Below, piece after piece: positions 9,015 to 19,155 of a stretch of DNA of 64,000 nt. Position 1 is the stretch's first letter. The number at the start of each line of letters is the position of its first letter. The stretch comes from an uncultured Clostridia bacterium (GTDB taxonomy: Bacteria; Bacillota; Clostridia; TANB77; CAG-508). The position numbers and the translations under genes are program-made. The notes under the pieces are model-generated. The model saw only the letters and a list, made by a program, of their open reading frames with translations, searched no databases and had not been told where the DNA came from. The stretch covers positions 1,493-65,492 of the forward strand of contig CAKOWZ010000010.1 in the NCBI GenBank assembly GCA_934129745.1, written 5' to 3'.

Positions 9015-10625
9015 ATGAATAATATTGATTATAAAGTAGGCATATATATAAGACTTTCAAGAGAAGATGAAGAAAAAGAAAAGTATCAAGAAAGCGAAAG
9101 TATTGGTAATCAAAGAACTTTACTTATGCAATATATTAAACAAAATAAACTTAATTTTATAGCTGAATATGTTGATGATGGAGTTTCTGGAACAAGTTTT
9201 GATAGACCAGCATTTAATAAAATGATTTTAGATGTTGAATCAGGAAAAATAAATATGATTATAACCAAAGACTTATCAAGACTTGGTAGAAACTATGTAC
9301 AATCTGGATTATATATCGAAAATTACTTTCCAGAGCATAATGTAAGATTTGTTGCAATTCTAGATAATATAGATACAGCTTATGATAACTCAAACAATGA
9401 TATAGCACCATTTAAATCAATATTAAACGAGATGTATGCAAAAGATACATCAAGAAAAATAAATAGTGTTCTTCAAGCTAAAAGAAATTTAGGAGAATAC
9501 TTGGGAACACCACCTTATGGTTATAAAAAAGATCCAGAAAACAAATACCATTTAATTGTAGATGATGAGGCAGCAAATGTTGTAAAACTAATATATGAAA
9601 AGTATTTAGCAGGGTTTGGAACAATGCAAATTGCAGACTTTTTAAGCAAAAAGAAAATTCCAATTCCATCAGATTACAACAAACGAAAAAGAGGAGTAAG
9701 GTCACTTACTTATGGATTATGGCAACAGTCAACAGTTAGATTTATTCTTTCAAATGAAGTATATACAGGAACTGTAATTCAAGGTAAGAGAAAGAAAGTT
9801 AGCTTTAAATCTAAAAAGTTTATTGATTTACCAGAAGAAGATTGGGTAAAAGTAGAAAACATGCATGAGGCAATAATTAGTAAAGAAGATTTTGAAAGAG
9901 CTAGAAAAGTAATAGACGCTACTAAAGGTTCAAGAGTTATAGTAAATGACTATATTTTCAAAGGATTACTTAGATGTTACGATTGCGGAGGATATATTGG
10001 AATAAGAAGCCCAGATAAAAATGGAAATATTTATGGTAGATGCCAGAGATATGGAAGATTTGGAAAGTTTTCAGTATGTTCACCACATAATTTTAATTAT
10101 CAGATCTTTGAATCGCAGATGTTAGAAGTTTTAAAGGATGTTTGTAAAAAATATACCAATATGAAAAAGTTAGAAGAAATCGCCAAAAAGGCTAAGTCAA
10201 ATGAAGAAAAACTAATTGATATTAATTCTAGAATCGAAACAATAAAAGAACAAAATGATAAAGAAACTAGAAAGCTTGAATTGATGTATGAAGATAGGTT
10301 GGCAGGAATTATCTCATTGGAAGAATATATGAAAAATGCTGAACGTATAAAAGAAATTGTAAAACAAAATGAAAGTTCTATAAAAGAATTAGAGCAGGAG
10401 CTTGAAGGAAATAGTAAGCCTAAAAATGAAGAAAGGCTTGAAGATTTAATAGATAAATTTCTAAAAATGAAAAGTCCTAATAAAGAAATAATAAGAGAAT
10501 TTATAGAAAAAATTGAAATTCATAATGATAAACAAGTGGATATTTATTTTAATTTTAAACCACTACAAGAATTAAATAATAGTTTTAGTGTAGCTAAAAA
10601 AGAATATGAGAAAAAGGCTATATAA
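9015..10625 (+). CDS. large serine recombinase (resolvase N-terminal domain + recombinase + zinc ribbon + coiled coil)
   Basis: VGIYIRLSREDEE holds the catalytic Ser. The Y-VDDGVSGTSFDRPAFNKM and ITKDLSRLGRNY resolvase motifs are present. The C-terminal half carries a CxxC...C cluster and a coiled coil. Alternative in-frame TTG at 9000, 5 nt after AAAGGAGG; ATG at 9015. Confidence 0.85.
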   Translation: MNNIDYKVGIYIRLSREDEEKEKYQESESIGNQRTLLMQYIKQNKLNFIAEYVDDGVSGTSFDRPAFNKMILDVESGKINMIITKDLSRLGRNYVQSGLYIENYFPEHNVRFVAILDNIDTAYDNSNNDIAPFKSILNEMYAKDTSRKINSVLQAKRNLGEYLGTPPYGYKKDPENKYHLIVDDEAANVVKLIYEKYLAGFGTMQIADFLSKKKIPIPSDYNKRKRGVRSLTYGLWQQSTVRFILSNEVYTGTVIQGKRKKVSFKSKKFIDLPEEDWVKVENMHEAIISKEDFERARKVIDATKGSRVIVNDYIFKGLLRCYDCGGYIGIRSPDKNGNIYGRCQRYGRFGKFSVCSPHNFNYQIFESQMLEVLKDVCKKYTNMKKLEEIAKKAKSNEEKLIDINSRIETIKEQNDKETRKLELMYEDRLAGIISLEEYMKNAERIKEIVKQNESSIKELEQELEGNSKPKNEERLEDLIDKFLKMKSPNKEIIREFIEKIEIHNDKQVDIYFNFKPLQELNNSFSVAKKEYEKKAI

Positions 10626-10660
10626 CAATGTTTTTGTGACATTTAATATGAGACGAAAAC

Positions 10661-11164
10661 TTGTCACAACTACAATACACACATGCTGCTATCTGGGTAA
10701 TTATTGCTGAAGCTATGTTAGGATTTGGAGATAAAGCAGTCGAATTTTTCAGAATGATAAATCCAATTGAACATTCAAAAACAAAAGACAGTGTAATGAA
10801 ATATAAAGTTGAACCATACATCATTCCAGCAGATGTTTATGGACAAGGAAATTTAGCTGGTCGTGGTGGATGGACTTGGTATACTGGTTCAAGCAGTTGG
10901 ATGTATGTTGCAGGTATTAAATATATTTTAGGTTTAAATATTGAAAATGGATATTTATGGATGAACCCTGTTATTTCAAGTTCATGGAAAGAATTTAGTA
11001 TTAAATATAAATGTGGTAAAAGTGTTTATAATATTAGAGTTTTGAATAGAAGCGGAAAAAATTATGGTGTTGAAAAAGTAATTTTAAATAGTGTTGAAGT
11101 TAGTGATAAAAAGATTAAGTTAAATTATGATGGAGGAATTAATGAAGTTGAAATTATAATGTGA
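10661..11164 (+). pseudogene. 3' fragment of a GH94 family glycoside phosphorylase (cellobiose/cellodextrin phosphorylase-like) gene
   Basis: YGQGNLAGRGGWTWYTGSSSWMY matches the conserved C-terminal catalytic-domain block of GH94 enzymes. The fragment starts mid-domain, at THAAIWVIIAEAMLG, directly after the recombinase stop. Only about 165 of roughly 800 aa are present. Confidence 0.6.
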
Positions 11165-11173
11165 TACATTTCA

Positions 11174-11479
11174 GACACATGGGGACTAGGCAATTTTGTT
11201 TCACTTTGAGAAATGATTTTCGGTGACTAGTCTTGCAAATAAAAGGATAGTAGTATATTACATTCCGCAGACTTGCTGGCTTGGCTTTGTTAAAAAGCAA
11301 AAGGCATTTTAGTAACATGTAAATTTTATATGTTATTATACCTTTTGCGTTTTTTAACAAACCTCGCCAAACTGCGCGTCTGTGCTCCATAGTAATATAC
11401 TACTATCCTTTTATTTGCAAGACTAGTCACCGAAAATCATTTCTCAAAGTGAAACAAAATTGCCTAGTCCCCATGTGTC
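11174..11479. repeat. 306-bp palindrome: perfect 88-bp inverted arms (11174-11261 / 11392-11479) around a 130-bp spacer that is itself an imperfect palindrome
   Basis: The reverse complement of 11392-11479 equals 11174-11261 exactly. The inner spacer has a degenerate inverted repeat, ttgttaaaaagcaaaagg / ccttttgcgttttttaacaa. Confidence 0.9.
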
Positions 11480-11492
11480 CTTTTTTAGAACA

Positions 11493-12233
11493 TTAAAATT
11501 CAGGCATCTTAGGTAGAGAATAATCATAATTCTTAAGCAGATACGGGAATGTTGTTGATTTAAAATCAAATAAAGGTTGAAATATACAACTCTTACATTT
11601 GACATTATAATCCCATACACGCAGGTAAATTAAAAGATCGCAAAAAAGTGTGCCGATTTTCCCAGCATAATCTTTAGCATCTTCAAATTCATAACCACGT
11701 AATCCCATTATATCAACATGTATTTGCTTTGTTTGTGTAACATCACAAGCAAGTATCATGGTGTTTACCATGCCATAAGATTTATTTTCAAATACATCTA
11801 ATTGGAAAAGTCCTTTAACTTCCTTTATAGGATGCACCTGAACCTGAAAAAAGTCTTCAAAATCTGTCTTATTGTTTTTATCAAAATTATAAATTCTGAA
11901 GGCAGAGAGTCCTGGGTTGATAATGTCAAGCTTAGAATCTGTGAAAACAGACTTTTTTTCAGATTTGGATTTTAAAGTACAAACTTCAACTCCAAGCTGA
12001 AAAAGCCAGTCAATATCATATGGTAGAACTTCCATGAAAACAGATTCATTTGGCTCAGCCAGAAACTCACGTTTGTTGTGATATACAGGTTCACTGATTG
12101 AAACAGTGATATTTTTGGTATCTCTGGCTAAAATCCTTTTGTTAGGAAAATGACCAGAATTTGAATACATTCCTAAAAGAAATGCATTTTCACGGTTAGC
12201 CTTTATAAGGTTGTTTGTCCGTCTACTACGCAT
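11493..12233 (-). CDS. hypothetical protein
   Basis: 246-aa ORF with a GGAGG RBS in the reverse complement. No family recognised. Confidence 0.45.
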   Translation of the reverse strand: MRSRRTNNLIKANRENAFLLGMYSNSGHFPNKRILARDTKNITVSISEPVYHNKREFLAEPNESVFMEVLPYDIDWLFQLGVEVCTLKSKSEKKSVFTDSKLDIINPGLSAFRIYNFDKNNKTDFEDFFQVQVHPIKEVKGLFQLDVFENKSYGMVNTMILACDVTQTKQIHVDIMGLRGYEFEDAKDYAGKIGTLFCDLLIYLRVWDYNVKCKSCIFQPLFDFKSTTFPYLLKNYDYSLPKMPEF

Positions 12234-12486
12234 AATTTAAGTCCTCCTTATGCATTATACAAAAATTTGACTTTAATATTTTACCAGATTTTTCGACAAA
12301 AGTCAATGAGTGGTAAAAGCAAAATATTTGAAAACTGTGCAATTTTATACCAAAAGGTTTTATTTTTGTTTTTAAAAAAGCTTAACAAATTTTTCAAACA
12401 AATACCTTGTAATTAAAAACCTAATTTTATATAATTAGAAAAGAAAAAATTAGAAAAGAAAAAATTAAAACAGGGAAGTATCAAAA

Positions 12487-13350
12487 ATGAAAGAACAAGA
12501 ATTAAAAATTGAAAATGTAAATTCCTTTAATTTAACACATATTTTTGAATGTGGACAATGTTTTAGATGGAACAAAAACAAAGATATGAGCTATACAGGA
12601 ATTGTTGGAAAAAATGTTATAAATATTAGTAAAATTAATAATGATATATATGTAAGAAGCTTTGGAGAAGATGGTTTAGAAACTCTTTTTAACACATATT
12701 TTGACATGAATACTGATTATGAAAAAATTAAAAATAAGCTTAGAAAAATTGATAGATTTATGGAAGAAAGTATAAAATATGGTGATGGAATTAGACTACT
12801 TAATCAAGATTTATGGGAAACTATAATTTCTTTTATAATTTCAGCAAACAATAATATTCCAAGAATTAAAGGGATAATAGAAAGAATTTGCAAAAGATAT
12901 GGTAATAAAATTGTGTGGAATGGTATTGAATATTACAGTTTTCCAACACCAGAACAGCTTGGAAAAGCTACCATACAAGACCTAAGAATTCTGGGGTTAG
13001 GTTTCAGAGATGTACGTGTATATGAAACAACAAAAATGGTAATAAATGGTGAAATTGATTTTGATAAATTACATAAAGAAAAAGATACACAAATTGTAAG
13101 AGATGAATTACTTAAACTTCCTGGAGTAGGACCTAAGGTTGGGGATTGCATTTTACTTTTTTCAACTTTAAAAAGATTAGATGTTTTTCCAATAGATGTA
13201 TGGGTTAGAAGAGTTATGAATGAATTATATATTCATAATGAAGATGAAAACAAGGTTAATAAAAAATTAGTGCTTAAGATTGCTAATGAAAAATTTGGAA
13301 ATTTATGTGGAATTGCACAACAATATTTGTTTTATTGGAAAAGAGGGTGA
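12487..13350 (+). CDS. ogg: 8-oxoguanine DNA glycosylase / DNA lyase (OGG1-like, HhH-GPD)
   Basis: HhH-GPD hairpin LPGVGPKVGDCILLFS, then the catalytic-region FPIDVWVRRV block. N-terminal OGG-like domain present. Confidence 0.7.
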   Translation: MKEQELKIENVNSFNLTHIFECGQCFRWNKNKDMSYTGIVGKNVINISKINNDIYVRSFGEDGLETLFNTYFDMNTDYEKIKNKLRKIDRFMEESIKYGDGIRLLNQDLWETIISFIISANNNIPRIKGIIERICKRYGNKIVWNGIEYYSFPTPEQLGKATIQDLRILGLGFRDVRVYETTKMVINGEIDFDKLHKEKDTQIVRDELLKLPGVGPKVGDCILLFSTLKRLDVFPIDVWVRRVMNELYIHNEDENKVNKKLVLKIANEKFGNLCGIAQQYLFYWKRG

Positions 13351-13407
13351 AACAAAATTAACCTGTTCAAAAATATTTCACATATGTAAAAAATAAAGGA
13401 GGAAAAA

Positions 13408-16400
13408 ATGTCAGTTAGATTAATTTATGGAAAATCAGGTTCAGGAAAAAGTGAATTTATATTTAATGAAATAAAAAATCTTATAAATTGTGGAAAAAAA
13501 ATATATATAATTACACCAGAACAATTTTCATTTACAGCTGAAAAAAAATTGCTTGAAACACTTGGGAATAAAGCAGTTTTAAATGCAGAGGTTTTAACTT
13601 TTAATAGAATGTCATATAGAGTTGCTTCAGAAGTTGGAGGAACAGCAAAAACAAGTATCTCAAATCCTGGAAAAGCAATGTTAATTTATAATATTTTGTG
13701 TGGTAAAAAAAGTAAATTGAAATTTCTAGGAAAATCAGATGAAAATATTGAACTTATAATAGACCAAATTACAGAATTTAAAAAACATGGTGTTATGATT
13801 GATGATTTAACAAAAATGAAAGATGAAACTAATGACAATTATTTAAAACTAAAAATTCAAGACATTTTGCAAGTGTATAGTGATTTTGAAAATAAAATAG
13901 AAAACAGATATATTGATGAAAATGACAATTTAACTAATCTTGCAAACCAAATTAGTGAAGTATCAGATTTTAATAATACATTAATTTATATTGATGAATT
14001 TGTTGGTTTCACAAAACAAGAATATGAAATAATTAAACAATTAGCATATGTTGCAAATCAAGTAAGCATAAGTATTTGCTCAGATTCGATAAATGATAGT
14101 ATATCACCTGAAAGTGATGTTTTTTATTCAAACAAAATTACAATTTCAAAAATATTTGATATGGTAAGAGATTATGAATTAGAATTAGATGAACCTGTGT
14201 ATTTAGAAAAATCTTATAGATTCAAAAATAAAGAATTACAACATTTAGAGAAAAATTTATATGCAATTCCATATAAAAAATATGAGGAAAAACCTGAAAA
14301 CATCAAATTATTTTTAGCTAATAATCAATATTCAGAAATTGAAAATGTAGCAATAAATATAGTTAAATTAGTAAGAAATGAAAATTACAGATATAGAGAT
14401 ATTTCAGTAATTACAAAAGGTTTGGATGTATATTCAAATCTTGTAAAAGTAATTTTTAATAAATATCAAATACCAGTTTTTATTGATGAAAAAAAAGATT
14501 TAGGGCAAAATATTATTGTTAAATATATGTTATCAATTCTTGAAATTTTTGCAAAAAATTGGTCTTATGAATCTGTTCTAAATTATGTAAAAACAGGATT
14601 TTTAGATATCAGCAAAAATGAAATTTTTATGTTAGAAAATTATTGCCAAAAATGGGGAATAAAAAATTCAAAATGGTATAAATCAGAATGGAATTTTAAA
14701 GATGAGGATGAAAATAATAAAGAAAAAATTGAGAGAATAAAAGAAATAAGAAGAATGATTGTAAATCCTTTATTAGAATTTAAAACTGATTTATCAAGCC
14801 AAAATGATGTTAGAACTATTACTAGAAAATTATATGAATTTTTAATGAACAATAATATTGATAAAAAATTTGAGGAAAAAATTAATGAATTAAGACAAAT
14901 TGGTCAAAACGAATTTGCTACACAATATGAAACAAGTTGGAAAATTATTATGAGTGTTTTAGATGAAATTGTCCTTGTTTTTGGTGATGAAAAAATGTCT
15001 TTTGATAAATATATGCAAATTCTAAAAACAGGGCTTGCAAGTAGTGATTTAGGAAAAATTCCTGGCACACAAGATCAAGTAATAATAGGTGATATTGATA
15101 GATCAAGAAGTCATAAAGTTAAAGCCATTTTTATAATTGGGCTTAATGATGGAATGTTCCCATCTGTACATAAAAATGAGGGATTTTTTAATGATAAAGA
15201 TAGACAATTTTTAAAAGACAATGGTGTTGAACTTGCAAGAAATACAGTAGAAAGTCTATATGAAGATAATTTTAATATTTACAAAGCTTTTACAACAGCT
15301 GAAGAAAAATTATTTTTATCATACTCATCATCAAATTCTGAAGGAGGAACTTTAAGAGGTTCAATATTAATTTCAAAAATGAAAAAAATATTCCCAAAAT
15401 TAGAGGAACAAAGTGATATTATTGAAAGAAATTCTGAAATATTAATTGAAAATACTACATTTGATGAATTATTAAATAAATTAGGTGAATATAGAGATAC
15501 AGGTGAAATTGAGGATAAATGGGTTGAAGTTTATAATTATTATAATAATGATGATGAATGGAAATATAAATTACAAAGAGCAATGGAAGCTTTATTATAT
15601 AACAATAAACCAGATAGAATTAGTAAACAAAATATAGATAAAATGTATGGAAATGTGCTTAGGACAAGTGTTTCAAGATTAGAACAATTTCAATCATGCC
15701 ATTTCGCATATTTTTTAAAATATGGTTTGAAATTATCTGAAAAAGATAATTTCAAAATAAATCCAATAGATACAGGAACTTTTATGCATGATGTTATTGA
15801 TGAATTTTTTAATAATATTAAGGTAAAATCATATAATATTAAAGATTTAAATGATAATCAAATTACAGAATTGGTGGAAGAGATTGTTGAGCAAAAATTA
15901 GGATTAAATAAAAATTACATTTTTTCAAGTTCACCAAAATACAAATCTTTAAGTAATAGATTAAAAAAAGTTATTACAAAATCAATGAAATATATAGTAG
16001 AAAGCCTAAAATACAGTAAATTTGAAGTATTAGGAAATGAGGTTGAATTTAAAGAAGGAAAAAATTATGCACCAATAACTATGGAATTAGACAATGGACA
16101 AAAGGTTGAGATTACAGGAAAAATTGACAGAATTGATATAGCAAAATTAGATGGCGAAAATTATGTACGTATTATAGATTATAAATCATCTGCAAAAAAT
16201 ATTGATTTAAACCAAGTTTATGCAGGACTTCAATTACAATTAATTACTTATTTAGATGCTGTTTGTGAAAATGAAGATTTATTACCAGCAGGTGTATTAT
16301 ATTTTAATGTAATTGACCCTGTTGTAAAATCAAAAAAAAGCTTGTCTGAAGAAGAAATTGAAGATAGAATTCGTAAACAATTTAAAATGCAAGGTTTAAT

Positions 16401-16770
16401 TTTAGCAGATATTGATGTTGTTAAAATGATGGATACAAACTTGGAAACAGGATATTCAAATGTTGTTCCTGCATATGTAGGAAAAGAAGGAAATTTAAGC
16501 AATACTCGTTCAAGTACTGTAAGTAGAAAACAATTTGAATATTTACAAAAATATACTAAAAATCTAGTTGGTCAAATATCTAAAGAAATTTTAGGCGGAA
16601 ATATTGATATTAAGCCTTATTATAATTTGAAAAATAAGAAAACTCCTTGTGAGTATTGTGCTTTTGGTGGTGTGTGTAATTTTAAAGGAAATGATTGTAA
16701 TAATGGGTATAATTTTGTTACAAGTGCTGAAAAAGAAGCTGTTTTGGAAATGATGTCTAAAGATTTATAA
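13408..16770 (+). CDS. addB: ATP-dependent helicase/deoxyribonuclease subunit B (AddB/RexB)
   Basis: N-terminal Walker A GKSGSGKSEF. 1120 aa. C-terminal nuclease domain with the Fe-S Cys cluster CEYCAFGGVCNF. Strong AGGAGG RBS. Confidence 0.85.
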   Translation: MSVRLIYGKSGSGKSEFIFNEIKNLINCGKKIYIITPEQFSFTAEKKLLETLGNKAVLNAEVLTFNRMSYRVASEVGGTAKTSISNPGKAMLIYNILCGKKSKLKFLGKSDENIELIIDQITEFKKHGVMIDDLTKMKDETNDNYLKLKIQDILQVYSDFENKIENRYIDENDNLTNLANQISEVSDFNNTLIYIDEFVGFTKQEYEIIKQLAYVANQVSISICSDSINDSISPESDVFYSNKITISKIFDMVRDYELELDEPVYLEKSYRFKNKELQHLEKNLYAIPYKKYEEKPENIKLFLANNQYSEIENVAINIVKLVRNENYRYRDISVITKGLDVYSNLVKVIFNKYQIPVFIDEKKDLGQNIIVKYMLSILEIFAKNWSYESVLNYVKTGFLDISKNEIFMLENYCQKWGIKNSKWYKSEWNFKDEDENNKEKIERIKEIRRMIVNPLLEFKTDLSSQNDVRTITRKLYEFLMNNNIDKKFEEKINELRQIGQNEFATQYETSWKIIMSVLDEIVLVFGDEKMSFDKYMQILKTGLASSDLGKIPGTQDQVIIGDIDRSRSHKVKAIFIIGLNDGMFPSVHKNEGFFNDKDRQFLKDNGVELARNTVESLYEDNFNIYKAFTTAEEKLFLSYSSSNSEGGTLRGSILISKMKKIFPKLEEQSDIIERNSEILIENTTFDELLNKLGEYRDTGEIEDKWVEVYNYYNNDDEWKYKLQRAMEALLYNNKPDRISKQNIDKMYGNVLRTSVSRLEQFQSCHFAYFLKYGLKLSEKDNFKINPIDTGTFMHDVIDEFFNNIKVKSYNIKDLNDNQITELVEEIVEQKLGLNKNYIFSSSPKYKSLSNRLKKVITKSMKYIVESLKYSKFEVLGNEVEFKEGKNYAPITMELDNGQKVEITGKIDRIDIAKLDGENYVRIIDYKSSAKNIDLNQVYAGLQLQLITYLDAVCENEDLLPAGVLYFNVIDPVVKSKKSLSEEEIEDRIRKQFKMQGLILADIDVVKMMDTNLETGYSNVVPAYVGKEGNLSNTRSSTVSRKQFEYLQKYTKNLVGQISKEILGGNIDIKPYYNLKNKKTPCEYCAFGGVCNFKGNDCNNGYNFVTSAEKEAVLEMMSKDL

Positions 16771-16795
16771 AACAATGATTGAAAGAGGTGTGAAT

Positions 16796-17632
16796 ATGAT
16801 AGATTTGAGTAATGAGATTGTTAATCATGTAAAAAAAAGTGATTGCCAATATTTAGAATTTAAGGAATTGATTAAATATAATGATATTGTAAAACATGGT
16901 TATTGTTTAAAACCTTATGGTTTTAAGTTGAATAAAGATAATGAAAATAATAAATACAATACAAAAACAATTAATAATTATAAAAAATTTTGTCAATGTA
17001 TTGGTATTGAAACAAAAGGTTTAGTTAAACCAAATCAAACACATACAAGTGTTGTTAAATGTGTTGATATTAGGGAAGATGGCATATCTATTGAAGATGA
17101 AAAATATAGAGATACAGATGGTTTAATTACTAATGTTAAAGGTGTGTCTTTGGCAAGTGTTAATGCTGATTGCATTTTGTTAATTTTGTTTGATCCTGTG
17201 AAAAAGGTTATTGGTAATATTCATTCTGGTTGGAAAGGGACTTTTAAAAAAATTTGTGTTAATGGAGTACAAGCTATGATTGATAATTATGGTTGTAATC
17301 CAAATGATATTATTTGTTGTATTTGCCCGAGTATTAGAAAATGCCATTTTCAAGTTGAAAAAGATGTCAGAGATTTATGTTATGATATTTTTGGTAATTT
17401 GATTAATGATAATGATAGAATCGTAGAATATGTTGGTAAAATTGATGGTGTTGATAAATGGGTTATTGATACTGTTTTAATAAACGAGATTTTATTAAAA
17501 AATATGGGGGTAAAATCTGAAAATATTTTTGATTGTGGAATCTGTAGTGTTTGCAATTCTGAATTAGTTCATTCTAGACGTGCTGATGGAGTAGGGGGTG
17601 AACGTGGTACTGCAGTTATTGGATTGATTTAA
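16796..17632 (+). CDS. pgeF: peptidoglycan editing factor PgeF / YfiH (DUF152) family
   Basis: Conserved HSGWKGT, CICP and HSRR motifs of the YfiH family. ATG at 16796 lies 5 nt after GAGGTG. Confidence 0.7.
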   Translation: MIDLSNEIVNHVKKSDCQYLEFKELIKYNDIVKHGYCLKPYGFKLNKDNENNKYNTKTINNYKKFCQCIGIETKGLVKPNQTHTSVVKCVDIREDGISIEDEKYRDTDGLITNVKGVSLASVNADCILLILFDPVKKVIGNIHSGWKGTFKKICVNGVQAMIDNYGCNPNDIICCICPSIRKCHFQVEKDVRDLCYDIFGNLINDNDRIVEYVGKIDGVDKWVIDTVLINEILLKNMGVKSENIFDCGICSVCNSELVHSRRADGVGGERGTAVIGLI

Positions 17633-17760
17633 TTAAGAATTATATATTAAGTTATTAGTATTTAAGTCTCGAATTATTGGTCAAGTATTGAATTATTAAT
17701 TTAGTAACAATATAATAATGTCATACAATTTTGGAAAATATAATAGAAGAGGATAAATTT

Positions 17761-19074
17761 ATGGATAAAAATGAAATAAAAGAATTAGCAAATTATTGTT
17801 TAAATTGTAAGGTTAAACCATGTCAAAAAGGTTGTCCTTTAGGTAATGATATACCAGAGTTTATAAAAAATATTAAAGAAGAAAATTATAAAAATGCATA
17901 TAGAGTTTTATGTAATACTACTGTTTTAGAATCTGTATGTGGTAGAATTTGCCCACATATGAGTCAGTGTATGGGAAAATGTGTAAGAGGAATAAAATCA
18001 AATCCTGTTAATATAGGAGAATTAGAAGCTTTTGTTGGTGATGAAGCTATTAAAAATGGATGGAAAATTTCTGATGATTTAAAAAATCAAGAAAATAATT
18101 CAAAAAATAAAAACTCAAAAATAAAAGTAGCAGTAATAGGAAGTGGACCAGCTGGACTAACAAATGCAGCTTTTTTAGCAAAAAATGGTGTTAATGTTAC
18201 AATTTTTGAAAAAAAAGAAAAATGTGGAGGTCTTTTAAGATATGGAATTCCTGAATTTAGATTAGACAAAAAAACATTAGATAAAACAATTCAAAAAATA
18301 CTTGATTTAGGTATAAATGTTGAATTTAATAAAGAACTTGGAGTAAATATTTTTCTAGATGATTTAATAAAACAATTTGATTTTATATTTATATCAATAG
18401 GTGCTAATATCCCTTGGAAAATGGGAATAGATGGAGAAAATTTAAATGGAGTTTATGGTGGAAATTCATTATTAGAATATAATATACATCCAGACTATTC
18501 AGGAAAAAATGTTGCAATAATTGGTGGAGGAAATGTTGCAATGGACTGTGCTCGTACTATAAATAAAATGGGGGCTAAAAATGTTAAAGTTATATATAGA
18601 AGAGCTGAAGAACAGATGCCCGCTGAGGTTAAAGAAATTGAAGATGCAAAATCAGAAGGAATTGAATTTTTGTTTCAAACAAATATTGTTAAAATAATTG
18701 GAAATGATTCACAAAATGCTGAACATACTCAAAATGTTCAGAAAATAGAATGTATCAAAACACAACTTATTCAAAAACCAGGTGAATCAAGATTATCACC
18801 TGTAAACATAGAAAACAGTAATTTTAATATTGATATTGATTATGTTATAATGGCAATTGGTTCAATGCCAGAGGAAAAAATTGTTAATAATCTAGGACTA
18901 GAACTTGATTCAAAAGGATATATTAAAACTAATGAAAATAATGAAACATCAATAAAAAATGTATTTGCTGGAGGAGATGTATCTGGAGCAAAATCAACAG
19001 TAGCATATGCAGCAAGAACAGGGAGAAATGTTGCAGAAATTATATTAAAAACAATTGATGAGAAAATTAAGTAA
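17761..19074 (+). CDS. glutamate synthase small-subunit-like NAD(P)H-dependent oxidoreductase (GltD family)
   Basis: N-terminal 2x[4Fe-4S]-type Cys motifs (CLNCKVKPCQKGCP). FAD/NAD Rossmann folds VAVIGSGPAGL and IIGGGNVAMDCA. Confidence 0.7.
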   Translation: MDKNEIKELANYCLNCKVKPCQKGCPLGNDIPEFIKNIKEENYKNAYRVLCNTTVLESVCGRICPHMSQCMGKCVRGIKSNPVNIGELEAFVGDEAIKNGWKISDDLKNQENNSKNKNSKIKVAVIGSGPAGLTNAAFLAKNGVNVTIFEKKEKCGGLLRYGIPEFRLDKKTLDKTIQKILDLGINVEFNKELGVNIFLDDLIKQFDFIFISIGANIPWKMGIDGENLNGVYGGNSLLEYNIHPDYSGKNVAIIGGGNVAMDCARTINKMGAKNVKVIYRRAEEQMPAEVKEIEDAKSEGIEFLFQTNIVKIIGNDSQNAEHTQNVQKIECIKTQLIQKPGESRLSPVNIENSNFNIDIDYVIMAIGSMPEEKIVNNLGLELDSKGYIKTNENNETSIKNVFAGGDVSGAKSTVAYAARTGRNVAEIILKTIDEKIK

Positions 19075-19155
19075 AAGATTAAATAAAGAGAAATTTATAT
19101 GATAAAAAAATTAAATATATATTTAAAAAATTAACTGTGAAAGGAATGTGATTAA

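Larger units (their letters stand above)
7454..10660. mobile_element. right-terminal module of an integrated element (serine-recombinase type); left boundary outside or undetermined
   Basis: The recombinase gene ends 35 nt before a truncated host gene fragment. A short inverted repeat, TTGTGACA...TGTCACAA, lies at 10634-10665 at the junction. Confidence 0.35.

Noticed and set aside
11154-11390. 78-aa minus-strand ORF
   Set aside because: Lies entirely within the 306-bp palindrome. Its frame is a by-product of the repeat structure.
12421-12470. Short direct repeat TAGAAAAGAAAAAAT x2 upstream of ogg
   Set aside because: Only two copies in A-rich promoter DNA. Likely chance or low-complexity.
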